Shown here: piece by piece, positions 1 through 7,580 of the stretch
Numbering within the stretch: the stretch's first letter is position 1
Layout of the letters: each line of letters starts with the position of its first letter
NCBI GenBank assembly: GCA_021204165.1
Contig: JAJPZU010000112.1
Location: 1 to 11,574 of the forward strand
Reading direction: 5' to 3'
Length of the DNA stretch: 11,574 nucleotides
Origin: Prevotellaceae bacterium
GTDB taxonomy: Bacteria; Bacteroidota; Bacteroidia; Bacteroidales; Bacteroidaceae
The notes under the pieces: model-generated
The model's input: the letters and a program-made list of their open reading frames with translations, nothing else
Databases searched by the model: none
Told to the model about the DNA's origin: nothing
Made by a program: the position numbers and the translations under genes

Positions 1-10
1 AAGTTAGGGG

Positions 11-120
11 AGGTGGCGCGTAGCGACGGAGGAGTCTGTCGAAAACACCCACCAACTACACACGAGGAGTCTGCTGAAAACATCCCGCTAAATATACATG
101 AGTAGTCTGTAAATACACTC
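11..120. repeat. Left terminal repeat block. Nt 11-46 (aggtggcgcgtagcgacggaggagtctgtcgaaaac) form an inverted repeat with the last 37 nt of the window. Three direct copies of the core GAGGAGTCTG / GAGTAGTCTG lie at 29-38, 64-73 and 100-109, ~35 bp apart.
   Basis: Direct comparison of the window start with the reverse complement of the window end. The 36/37-nt match has a single 1-nt indel. The two subterminal core copies also have counterparts at the other end. Confidence 0.8.
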
Positions 121-226
121 ACTTAAACAAGAAGCATAATATTCCCACACGGAAACAGAGGGAAAAGAATCAGGGACACCATCACGATGCCCCTGAAAAA
201 CACAATGATTTCCGACAAGTCATACA

Positions 227-1681
227 CTATAAAGGCATGTTGCCATGCTTCTTCGGCGGATTGCTCTGATTCTTGTTACGAGTCATCTCCAGTGCCTGAA
301 TAAGACGTATGCGGGTGTCACACGGCTGTATGATTTCATCAATATAGCCAAGCTGTGCAGCCGGCATAGGATTGGCAAATTTACGTCGGTATTCCTCTAT
401 CGCCGCCGCGCGCTCTTCCGGCGAAGCCTTTCGGTAGAGAATGTTACATGCACCTTCCGCTCCCATCACGGCAATCTCCGCAGTCGGATAAGCTAAATTC
501 ACATCCGCACCGATACATTTGCTGTTCATCACAATGTATGCCCCGCCATAAGCCTTGCGCGTGATGAGTGTGAGCTTCGGTACTGTGGCCTCAGCAAAAG
601 CATACACAATCTTAGCCCCATGACGGATGATGCCGTTGTGCTCCTGATCTGTTCCCGGAAGGAAGCCCGGAACATCCTCCACCGCCACGAGCGGAATATT
701 AAAGCAGTCGCAGAAACGGATAAAGCGGGCAGCCTTGTCGCTTGCGTCAATATCGAGCGCACCGGCAAGGAAGTTTGGCTGATTTGCCACAAAACCCACT
801 GTGCGGCCGGCAAGACGTCCGAATCCTACTACAATGTTCTTGGCAAACTCGGTCATCACCTCGAAGAAATACTGCTGGTCGCATACCGGTTCTATGATAT
901 TGCGTATGTCATACGGCACATTAGGGTCTTCCGGAACCACATTGTCCAGTTCATGGCACACGCGGGTTATCTCATCTGTCACCGGATAGACAGGGGCATC
1001 TTCCATATTATTGGAAGGGATGAATCCAATCAGTTCGCGGATGGTCATCAGAGTCTCTTCCTCATCGCGGCAGACGAAATGGCTCACACCGCTCACACTG
1101 CTATGCGTCATGGCACCTCCGAGTGTCTCCTTGTCAACCGCTTCATTCGTCACGGCACGAACCACGTCCGGACCGGTGACAAACATCTGGCTCTGTCCCT
1201 TCACCATGAGAATGAAATCTGTCAGTGCAGGAGAATAGCACGACCCTCCGGCGCAAGGCCCGAGTATGGCAGAAATCTGCGGAATCACTCCGGATGCCAT
1301 CACGTTTTGCCGGAAGATGTGTGCAAAACCGGTCAGACTTTCCACTCCTTCCTGTATGCGTACACCTCCGGAATCGTTCAGACCGATAATCGGTGCTCCG
1401 TTTTTAAGGGCAAGTTCCTGCACTTTCACAATCTTCTGCGCGTTTGCCGCACTGAGAGAACCTCCCAATACCGCAAAATCAAAAGCATAGACGAAGACAA
1501 TGCGTCCGTCAATCTTGCCGTATCCGGAAATCACACCGTCGCCCTCCACACGCTTCTTGTCCATGCCGAAGTCGTTGCAACGATGCACCACATGCTTGTC
1601 CATTTCCACAAATGTTCCTTTGTCAAGAAGCAAATCTATGCGCTCACGTGCTGTGAGTCTCTGTATCTTATTGTCATTCAT
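227..1681 (-). CDS. Acyl-CoA carboxylase carboxyltransferase subunit, the propionyl-CoA carboxylase beta / methylmalonyl-CoA decarboxylase alpha family.
   Basis: 484-aa ORF whose N-terminus (LTARERIDLLLDKGTFVE...GLNDSGGVRIQEG) and overall layout are typical of the CoA-carboxyltransferase family. It overlaps the upstream carrier-protein gene by 8 bp, which implies translational coupling. Confidence 0.9.
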   Translation of the reverse strand: MNDNKIQRLTARERIDLLLDKGTFVEMDKHVVHRCNDFGMDKKRVEGDGVISGYGKIDGRIVFVYAFDFAVLGGSLSAANAQKIVKVQELALKNGAPIIGLNDSGGVRIQEGVESLTGFAHIFRQNVMASGVIPQISAILGPCAGGSCYSPALTDFILMVKGQSQMFVTGPDVVRAVTNEAVDKETLGGAMTHSSVSGVSHFVCRDEEETLMTIRELIGFIPSNNMEDAPVYPVTDEITRVCHELDNVVPEDPNVPYDIRNIIEPVCDQQYFFEVMTEFAKNIVVGFGRLAGRTVGFVANQPNFLAGALDIDASDKAARFIRFCDCFNIPLVAVEDVPGFLPGTDQEHNGIIRHGAKIVYAFAEATVPKLTLITRKAYGGAYIVMNSKCIGADVNLAYPTAEIAVMGAEGACNILYRKASPEERAAAIEEYRRKFANPMPAAQLGYIDEIIQPCDTRIRLIQALEMTRNKNQSNPPKKHGNMPL

Positions 1682-2192
1682 TGTTTTCGTTCAGTTTTAA
1701 TGTTATCAATGTCTGTCCGACCTTCACACTGTCGCCTTCTGCCACAAGCACAGAAAGCACCTCGCAATCAGCCGCGACCTTATAGTTCGACTGCATCTTC
1801 ATAGCCTCCATAGTCAGTACCGTGTCTCCGGCCTTCAGCTTGTCGCCCTGCTTGCAATACGCTTTTACTATCTTGCACGGCATCGGCGCCGTCACCTGAT
1901 CGCTCTGCACGGCATCCGTCTTTTTCCGCATACGCATGTATTTTGCCTGCGAGTCCAACATGTCAATCTGGTAAGTCGAATAGTTGACATTCACGCGGTA
2001 ATGCTTTCCTGCATCGCTCTTCACCAGCTCTGCCTTGTACGAGTTTCCATTGTGAATAATCGAACATGTTCCGTTTTGCAACATGGCCACATCCACATCA
2101 TAAACTTGTCCGTCTATATCAATCTTCACGTTGTTTCCGTCTTTGCTCAACAGCGTGACATCTACAATCTTGTTTCCAACCTGAATATCCAT
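1674..2192 (-). CDS. Biotin carboxyl carrier protein, i.e. a biotin/lipoyl-attachment domain protein.
   Basis: 172-aa ORF. The C-terminal biotinyl domain carries the canonical EAMKM motif (LTMEAMKMQ), with the biotinyl-Lys codon at ~1797-1799. The gene sits between the biotin carboxylase and carboxyltransferase genes. Confidence 0.9.
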   Translation of the reverse strand: MDIQVGNKIVDVTLLSKDGNNVKIDIDGQVYDVDVAMLQNGTCSIIHNGNSYKAELVKSDAGKHYRVNVNYSTYQIDMLDSQAKYMRMRKKTDAVQSDQVTAPMPCKIVKAYCKQGDKLKAGDTVLTMEAMKMQSNYKVAADCEVLSVLVAEGDSVKVGQTLITLKLNENNE

Positions 2193-2308
2193 TATAATCG
2201 TTTTTTAGTTTAAGTTCTGCCTGCACATCGTTCATGCGGCTTCAAAATTCCACGAAACCGGACACCATGCGGGCGGCAGGCAGATGGTTGTGCAATCTTA
2301 TCGTACCA

Positions 2309-3835
2309 TTATACTCTCAACACACCCTTCTGCAATCCGAATGTTCTCCAGCGATTGATGGCGGACTGTCCCTGTTTGCATTCAGCCGCCCCACCGGTAT
2401 TTTCCTCCAGATTCATAAGGTAGTCTATGTAGGCGGCAATCACCGCCATCTCTTCGCTCTCGTTCTTGAATCCCGGACGCGGACGCAGACGCTCCGCATT
2501 GCGCTCTATAAAATAGGTGTTGTAGTTTCCTTCACGGAAATCAGGCACATCAATGATGCGGCGCAAGTAGCGTATGTTCGTAGTCAGACCGACAATCTTA
2601 TATTCATACAGCACTCTCCTCATGCGCTCAATGGCATACTGTCTCTCCGTAGCCCAAACGATAAGCTTTCCAATCATCGGATCGTAATGTACGGGAATCT
2701 CATAGCCCTCATATACATAGCTGTCGATTCGGATACCAATGCCGTGAGGCTCTGTGAGCTGAACAATCGTTCCCGGCGAAGGCATGAAGTTATGCTCCGT
2801 ATCCTCCGCACAGATGCGGCACTCTATGGCATGTCCTCTTTGGCGGATATCCTCCTGACGGTAGCCCAGCGGTTGTCCGTCAGCAATAAGAATCTGCTGT
2901 TTCACAAGATCGACGCCGACAACTTCTTCCGTGATAGGATGCTCCACCTGAAGCCGGGTGTTCATTTCAAGGAAATAGAAATGATGGTGCTTATCCACAA
3001 GAAACTCAATGGTGCCGGCACCGATGTAGCCCACCGCTTTTGCCGCAGCCACCGCCTTCTCGCCCATTTCGCGGCGAAGAGTGTCATCAATAAACGGCGA
3101 CGGACTTTCTTCTACTATTTTCTGGTGACGACGCTGCACAGAACATTCGCGGTCGTAAAGATGGATGACATTGCCATGCTTGTCGCCAAGTATCTGAAAC
3201 TCTATGTGGTGAGGCTCCTCGACAAACTTTTCGATATAGACTGTATCATCGCCAAACGAAGCCATCGCCTCGTTCTTTGCCGCATTGTACATCTCTATCA
3301 CATCTTCTTCGCGTTCAATAAGTCTCATGCCTTTTCCGCCGCCACCCATAGAAGCCTTCAGCATCACGGGGAAGCCAATCTTTCGGCACACCTCCAAGGC
3401 TTCCTCGCCACTGCTCAATTGCTCCTGAGTTCCGGGCACAACGGGCACTCCCGCCTTTATCATCTGTATGCGGGCGGAAATCTTGTCGCCCATCAATTCC
3501 ATGGTTTCCGGCTTTGGACCGATGAAGATGATGCCTTCAGCTTCACAACGACGCGCAAACTCGGAATTTTCGGAAAGGAAACCGTATCCCGGGTGAATGG
3601 CATCCACTTTGTGCTTCTTTGCCGCCTCGATAATGTGGTCGATATTCAGGTAGCTGTCTGCCGACGACGCACCGCCGATACACTCTGCTTCGTTTGCAAA
3701 AACGACATGGCGCGACAGACGGTCGGCAGTGCTATAGACAGCCACAGAACGTATGCCCATTTCATAACAAGCACGCATCACCCGAATCGCAATCTCACCG
3801 CGATTGGCAACCAATACTTTTCTTATCATAAACAT
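2309..3835 (-). CDS. accC: Biotin carboxylase subunit of an acetyl/propionyl-CoA carboxylase.
   Basis: 508-aa ORF with the N-terminus KVLVANRGEIAIRVMRA typical of biotin carboxylases. It also has an ATP-grasp glycine-rich loop (MLKASMGGGGKGMR) and a conserved C-terminal biotin carboxylase domain. Confidence 0.93.
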   Translation of the reverse strand: MFMIRKVLVANRGEIAIRVMRACYEMGIRSVAVYSTADRLSRHVVFANEAECIGGASSADSYLNIDHIIEAAKKHKVDAIHPGYGFLSENSEFARRCEAEGIIFIGPKPETMELMGDKISARIQMIKAGVPVVPGTQEQLSSGEEALEVCRKIGFPVMLKASMGGGGKGMRLIEREEDVIEMYNAAKNEAMASFGDDTVYIEKFVEEPHHIEFQILGDKHGNVIHLYDRECSVQRRHQKIVEESPSPFIDDTLRREMGEKAVAAAKAVGYIGAGTIEFLVDKHHHFYFLEMNTRLQVEHPITEEVVGVDLVKQQILIADGQPLGYRQEDIRQRGHAIECRICAEDTEHNFMPSPGTIVQLTEPHGIGIRIDSYVYEGYEIPVHYDPMIGKLIVWATERQYAIERMRRVLYEYKIVGLTTNIRYLRRIIDVPDFREGNYNTYFIERNAERLRPRPGFKNESEEMAVIAAYIDYLMNLEENTGGAAECKQGQSAINRWRTFGLQKGVLRV

Positions 3836-4424
3836 CTATATTTGGTTATACACTTTCTTCCATCTCAAAACAAAATATAATACGATATCAGAAAGCACAC
3901 TCCGAGAACCGCATGACAAAGCGGACAACTCACGAAAGAATACATATCCCAAGAATACATGAATACACAAAAAACACCGATATTCCATCCCGGAATCTCA
4001 GCAAAACAGTATTCTCAGTATTTTTCCGGCAGCTCTTATTCCCGAGAGCGGCATCTGAACATCGGCATCGGCAGGTCTTCTGACTTCTCCATTGGCAGCA
4101 CGGCCTTCCCAACCACAATTATTTACAGCCTCACGGCAATAACAAAGGTCAGTGGCACAACATGATGATGTGTTGCCATAAAAAACAGGAGTTACAGCTA
4201 CGGGTATAGTTACAGACTCACACTGTATTCCCTCTTAGTCTGTCCGTCTTTCCTGAGTGCTTCTTCCTGAAGTCCGCCATTCCCGAAATCAGATTAGGCA
4301 AATTCCAGTCTCAACAAGCCTCAAATGAAGAGGACAAGAACCAAATGCGCGGCAAAAGTACACATAAAATCCGAATCCATGCACTTTTTACCATATTTTT
4401 ACTCCAAACATTCTATGAAACTCT

Positions 4425-4512
4425 TGTGTTTTCTCCGGTATTTCCCCTGTGCTTTTCCGGTATTTTCCCGGTGTTCTTCCTGTATTTTTCCTGTATTTTC
4501 CCGGTTTTTTCC
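4425..4512. repeat. Array of phased short direct repeats with a GTATTT(T)CC(C) core, about four copies at ~11 or ~22-bp spacing, in the flotillin-accC spacer.
   Basis: ccggtatttcccc / ccggtattttcccgg / ctgtatttttcc / tgtattttcccgg read directly from the sequence. The spurious plus-strand ORF 4345..5163 translates these as a repeated IFPVF peptide. Confidence 0.6.
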
Positions 4513-4559
4513 ATAAAAAAGCATGGGACATTCCGCTTCTTTCGGAAATGCCCCATGCA
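4513..4559 (-). terminator. Putative Rho-independent terminator downstream of the flotillin gene.
   Basis: On the minus strand, GCATGGGGCATTTCCG-aaag-aagCGGAATGTCCCATGC forms an imperfect ~14-bp stem, followed by TTTTTTAT. It lies immediately 3' of the flotillin stop at 4579. Confidence 0.55.
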
Positions 4560-4578
4560 CCGTTTCTCTTTAGTTTAT

Positions 4579-5955
4579 TCAGTCTTCTACTTCTTCCGCA
4601 TCCACAGCAGGCTCTTCTTTTTTCTTCGCCAGATACTCCGGCAAATTAAGCCCCGCCATATCGAAAAGTTCGTTAAGCGGCGGAACAGACTTCATCAGTC
4701 CGGACACGAAACCGGCTGTAGAGCCTTTTCCGTCTGCACCACCGGCACCATTGTCCCAAACAGTCACATGGTCAATGTTGATACCCTTGACAGCCTCAAC
4801 CTGAGTCTTGACAAGCTCAGGAAGCTTTTCGAGCAGCAACAGCATGTATGCCTTGTTGGCATCTCCTCCGGCAGCCTGAACCATCTTGTCATAACCGGCA
4901 GCCTGCTTCGTCAGCACTTCATACAAACCTTTTGCTTCTGCCTCCATCTTGGCATAAATGGCATCTGCTTCACCCTTTGCATTGACACGCACGCGCTCTG
5001 CTTCCGCCTCCGCTTCGATGATAAGTCGTCTCTTCTCAATCTCCTGCGGAACGAGTACGTTGGCTGTTTCCGTAGAGCGTTCACGTTCTGCACGCGCTTC
5101 CTCAGCCTCGCGTTCTGCCGCGTATGCTTCCTGCAATGCCTTTGCCTGCTGTACTTTTTCTGAGGCTGTGGCTTTACGCTGTGCCTCCGCTTCCTTCTCA
5201 CGGCGATAAGCCTCGGATGCAGCAATGGCAACCTTCGCTTCGTTCTCACCCTTTACGGCTTCCGCATTGGCTTCGGCTGTACGTATGCGGGTTTCTCTCA
5301 CCGCTTCCGCCTTACCGATTTCACCGACTTTATCTTGCTCTGCCACTCTCACTTTTGCCTCATTTATCGCTTTGGCAGCAGCTTCACGTCCGAGAGCCTC
5401 TATATATCCGCTCTCATCTTTTATATCGGTCACGTTCACATTTATCAGACGAAGACCAATCTTTTTCAGTTCCACTTCTACATTGGCAGAAATGCTCTCA
5501 AGAAACTTGTCACGGTCGTTGTTCAGTTCCTCAATACTCATCGTGGCAATTACCAGACGCAACTGTCCGAAAAGAATATCACGCGCCAGTTCCTGTATCT
5601 GTGCAGCACTAAGTCCGAGCAAACGTTCCGCAGCTGCATTCATGCAATCGTGGTCTGTAGATATACCCACAGTGAAGCGGCTTGGCACATCCACACGGAT
5701 GTTCTGTTTGCTGAGCGCATTTGTCAGATTCGCATCAATACTGATTGGTGTAAGGCTAAGATAAGCATAGTCTTCGATTATAGGCCATACGAAAGCACCG
5801 CCGCCATGCACGCAACGTGCCGACGTTTTGCTGCTTTTACTCCCATAAATCACCAAAATTTTGTCCGAAGGACACCGTCTGTAACGATTCACAATGGAAA
5901 CGAACAGCGCAATAGCCACTACAGCGGCAATTACAATAAGATACATAGATTCCAT
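4579..5955 (-). CDS. SPFH / band-7 flotillin-like protein of the YqiK/FloT type.
   Basis: 458-aa ORF with an N-terminal transmembrane helix and an SPFH domain (…ILVIYGSKSS…RVDVPSRFTVGIS…). A long Ala/Glu/Arg/Lys-rich coiled-coil region follows, then a C-terminal acidic tail. This architecture is typical of bacterial flotillins. Confidence 0.88.
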   Translation of the reverse strand: MESMYLIVIAAVVAIALFVSIVNRYRRCPSDKILVIYGSKSSKTSARCVHGGGAFVWPIIEDYAYLSLTPISIDANLTNALSKQNIRVDVPSRFTVGISTDHDCMNAAAERLLGLSAAQIQELARDILFGQLRLVIATMSIEELNNDRDKFLESISANVEVELKKIGLRLINVNVTDIKDESGYIEALGREAAAKAINEAKVRVAEQDKVGEIGKAEAVRETRIRTAEANAEAVKGENEAKVAIAASEAYRREKEAEAQRKATASEKVQQAKALQEAYAAEREAEEARAERERSTETANVLVPQEIEKRRLIIEAEAEAERVRVNAKGEADAIYAKMEAEAKGLYEVLTKQAAGYDKMVQAAGGDANKAYMLLLLEKLPELVKTQVEAVKGINIDHVTVWDNGAGGADGKGSTAGFVSGLMKSVPPLNELFDMAGLNLPEYLAKKKEEPAVDAEEVED

Positions 5956-6044
5956 AATTAATTATTTTAATATCCAACTTTTCAAGATTACAAGACCGGT
6001 TGCCGCATGAAGTGCCCCCTGTCTGAAGAAAGTTTCAAATTCAT

Positions 6045-6137
6045 CTCTCTTGGTCAAAAATTCTCATCCCTTTGGGTCAAAATTTTCATTCCTTTAGTCA
6101 AAAAAATCTCATCCCTTTGGGTCAAAGATTCTCTACC
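6045..6137. repeat. Four tandem ~23-bp direct repeats of tttgggtcaaaaattctcatccc variants. Each contains the dyad TTTG-GGT-CAAA. They sit between the NfeD-like stop and the flotillin start.
   Basis: tctcttggtcaaaaattctcatccc | tttgggtcaaaattttcattcc | tttagtcaaaaaaatctcatccc | tttgggtcaaagattctctacc. The last copy overlaps the stop codon of the upstream gene at 6122-6124. Confidence 0.75.
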
Positions 6138-6700
6138 ACCAGCATTTCTCCGCCGACAACATCAGTAATCCGCACCTTGCGCCCTGTGGTTATCGCCTCA
6201 CCCTCTGTAACCGCATCCAGTTCATGCACGGAACCGTTCACACTTATCTGCACTTTTCCTCTGCCGCTCTTCTTCTCCGGAATGCGCAGATAGACATCTG
6301 CCACACGTCCCTTGCAATATTCAATGCGGAAGGCGCCGTTTGCCTCCAGCTTCTTGGTCTGCTTGTAGATAAAGAAGAACATCCACACAAAAAACAAGCC
6401 TACGGCTGCTGCCACGAGTGCCAGCAACACAGCATTACCCATCAGCGAATGCAGACAGACACCTGCCCAGCCGAAGCCCACAAAGAAATTGACAAGGCTC
6501 CTTATAGAGAACAACGACAGTCCTCCTCCCAAATCCATTGTGTCTCCGGCATCAAAATCGACATCTATGTCGCTTGAATCCATTCCGAACAACGTAAGCA
6601 GAAGCTGTATTACAAACACAGCTGACCCGACAAGTGCACAAACCCAGAACACTTGCTGCATAGTTTCAAGTCCACTGAACCAAATTGAAAAACTCTCCAT
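6122..6700 (-). CDS. NfeD/YqiJ-like membrane protein, the usual operon partner of a flotillin.
   Basis: 192-aa ORF with 3-4 N-terminal hydrophobic helices and a C-terminal soluble ~60-aa beta-rich OB-like tail (GRVADVYLRIPEKKSGRGKVQISVNGSVHELDAVTEGEAITTGRKVRITDV). It lies directly upstream of the flotillin gene on the same strand. Confidence 0.7.
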   Translation of the reverse strand: MESFSIWFSGLETMQQVFWVCALVGSAVFVIQLLLTLFGMDSSDIDVDFDAGDTMDLGGGLSLFSIRSLVNFFVGFGWAGVCLHSLMGNAVLLALVAAAVGLFFVWMFFFIYKQTKKLEANGAFRIEYCKGRVADVYLRIPEKKSGRGKVQISVNGSVHELDAVTEGEAITTGRKVRITDVVGGEMLVVENL

Positions 6701-6899
6701 ATTCTAATTAGTTTTACGGTTATATAAATCATATTCTGAAATGATATGTCCACCATCTATTTTACAAAGAGGGAACATCCTTAAAAAAAATAACATTACC
6801 AGACTGCATTTTTCATTAAACACTCTCCTTCTCACTGCATTTTCATAATTCATAAAAGACTCCGATTAATTATTTTAATGATAAATGCCAATCTTATAA

Positions 6900-7580
6900 T
6901 TACCATACATATTGCGATGGATATTTTACTTGCATGAAAGTGAAGCCATGCCCCATTACGCTATGGTGAGAAGTCGTCTGTGCTGTCATATTTGATACAA
7001 TACTGCCAAACACCTGCATATTTGCTCTTGCGTCACCGCGTGAAGCAAGAATGGGTGCATCAGGGACATCGTAATCGCGCCATGCAAATAAGCAGACCTT
7101 TTGGGGATATGTCAAGAGATTTACAGCTGTTGTAGATTCTTGAATCAAAACTTCTATCGATTTAAGCATTTGCTGTCTGGCTTTTGCCCGTTTCCCTTCC
7201 GGGTATTTTCCCGTATTAGGCTCAACATATTTTTCCTCATAACAACACAAGTCACAGAATACAACTTTTTCATGTACCATTCCTGTCTCTGTCATTAATA
7301 AATCACATCGGTCTTTAATATTGGCAGTAGTGCCTGCAAATTGTTCGATATACTTTTCAAAACGAACCACAGCAATTTCCTTGCCATTATTATTCACCTT
7401 CAGAACTTCTTTATTGCATTCATTACGGTAAGCCCTTTCAGGCAATTGCTGACATCGTATGCAACTCTTGGAGTCGGTTTCTGAGAAAGGTTCGCGTATT
7501 CTGTAGAGAGGCACTTCTACTTCTTGTGGATTTATGCCATAATGGAGCGGGAATGCCTTTTTAAGAAAAGATTCTATCAT
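6900..7580 (-). CDS. Hypothetical Cys-rich protein that is translationally coupled to the upstream ABC-type ATPase. It is the candidate effector or partner of a two-gene defence-like cassette.
   Basis: 226-aa ORF. Its ATG overlaps the ATPase stop in an ATGA arrangement (7577-7580). It contains CxxC (CIRC) and HxxxxxCDLCC motifs. Composition is AT-rich like the ATPase gene. I recognise no family with confidence; a DUF4276/RloB-type partner is possible but unverified. Confidence 0.6.
   Translation of the reverse strand: MIESFLKKAFPLHYGINPQEVEVPLYRIREPFSETDSKSCIRCQQLPERAYRNECNKEVLKVNNNGKEIAVVRFEKYIEQFAGTTANIKDRCDLLMTETGMVHEKVVFCDLCCYEEKYVEPNTGKYPEGKRAKARQQMLKSIEVLIQESTTAVNLLTYPQKVCLFAWRDYDVPDAPILASRGDARANMQVFGSIVSNMTAQTTSHHSVMGHGFTFMQVKYPSQYVW

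Noticed and set aside
1-46. The window termini as a sequencing adapter or palindromic chimera artefact.
   Set aside because: The two ends are diverged, with an indel and shuffled spacers, rather than identical. They contain internally repeated motifs. This is a biological repeat, although a contig break at a multicopy repeat remains possible.
146-200. The small hairpin caggg…ccctg followed by AAAAA downstream of the carboxyltransferase gene.
   Set aside because: The stem is only 5 bp with a 15-nt loop. For the minus-strand gene the U-run would be on the wrong side. It is not convincing as a terminator.
620-1804. A 394-aa plus-strand ORF.
   Set aside because: It is antisense to the carboxyltransferase and carrier-protein genes, with Cys/His/Arg-rich shadow composition.
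2234-3880. A 548-aa plus-strand ORF.
   Set aside because: It is entirely antisense to the well-supported biotin carboxylase gene. Its composition is low-complexity and Arg/Leu/His-rich, and I recognise no domain. It is a shadow ORF.
3836-3960. A Bacteroides-type promoter (-33 TTTG / -7 TAnnTTTG) for the acc operon.
   Set aside because: No clean TAnnTTTG match was found on the minus strand within ~150 bp of the accC start. Only partial matches such as TATATTTTG-like were seen, so it is not called.
4148-4171. The hairpin ggcacaacatgatgatgtgttgcc, considered as a terminator.
   Set aside because: The stem is imperfect, and the adjacent A/T run is on the wrong side for either strand.
4345-5163. 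A 272-aa plus-strand ORF with a repeated IFPVF peptide.
   Set aside because: It merely translates the GTATTTTCC DNA repeats and then runs antisense into the flotillin gene. It is extremely Phe/Leu/Cys-rich. It is not credible as a protein.
5225-5961. Plus-strand ORFs of 179 and 208 aa overlapping the flotillin gene.
   Set aside because: They are antisense shadows of the Ala/Glu-rich coiled-coil region. That is why they read as Ser/Ala/Leu/Arg-rich.
6045-6137. A possible CRISPR array.
   Set aside because: The units are only ~23 bp and directly abutting with no spacers. There are only four copies and no cas genes. It is a tandem repeat, not CRISPR.
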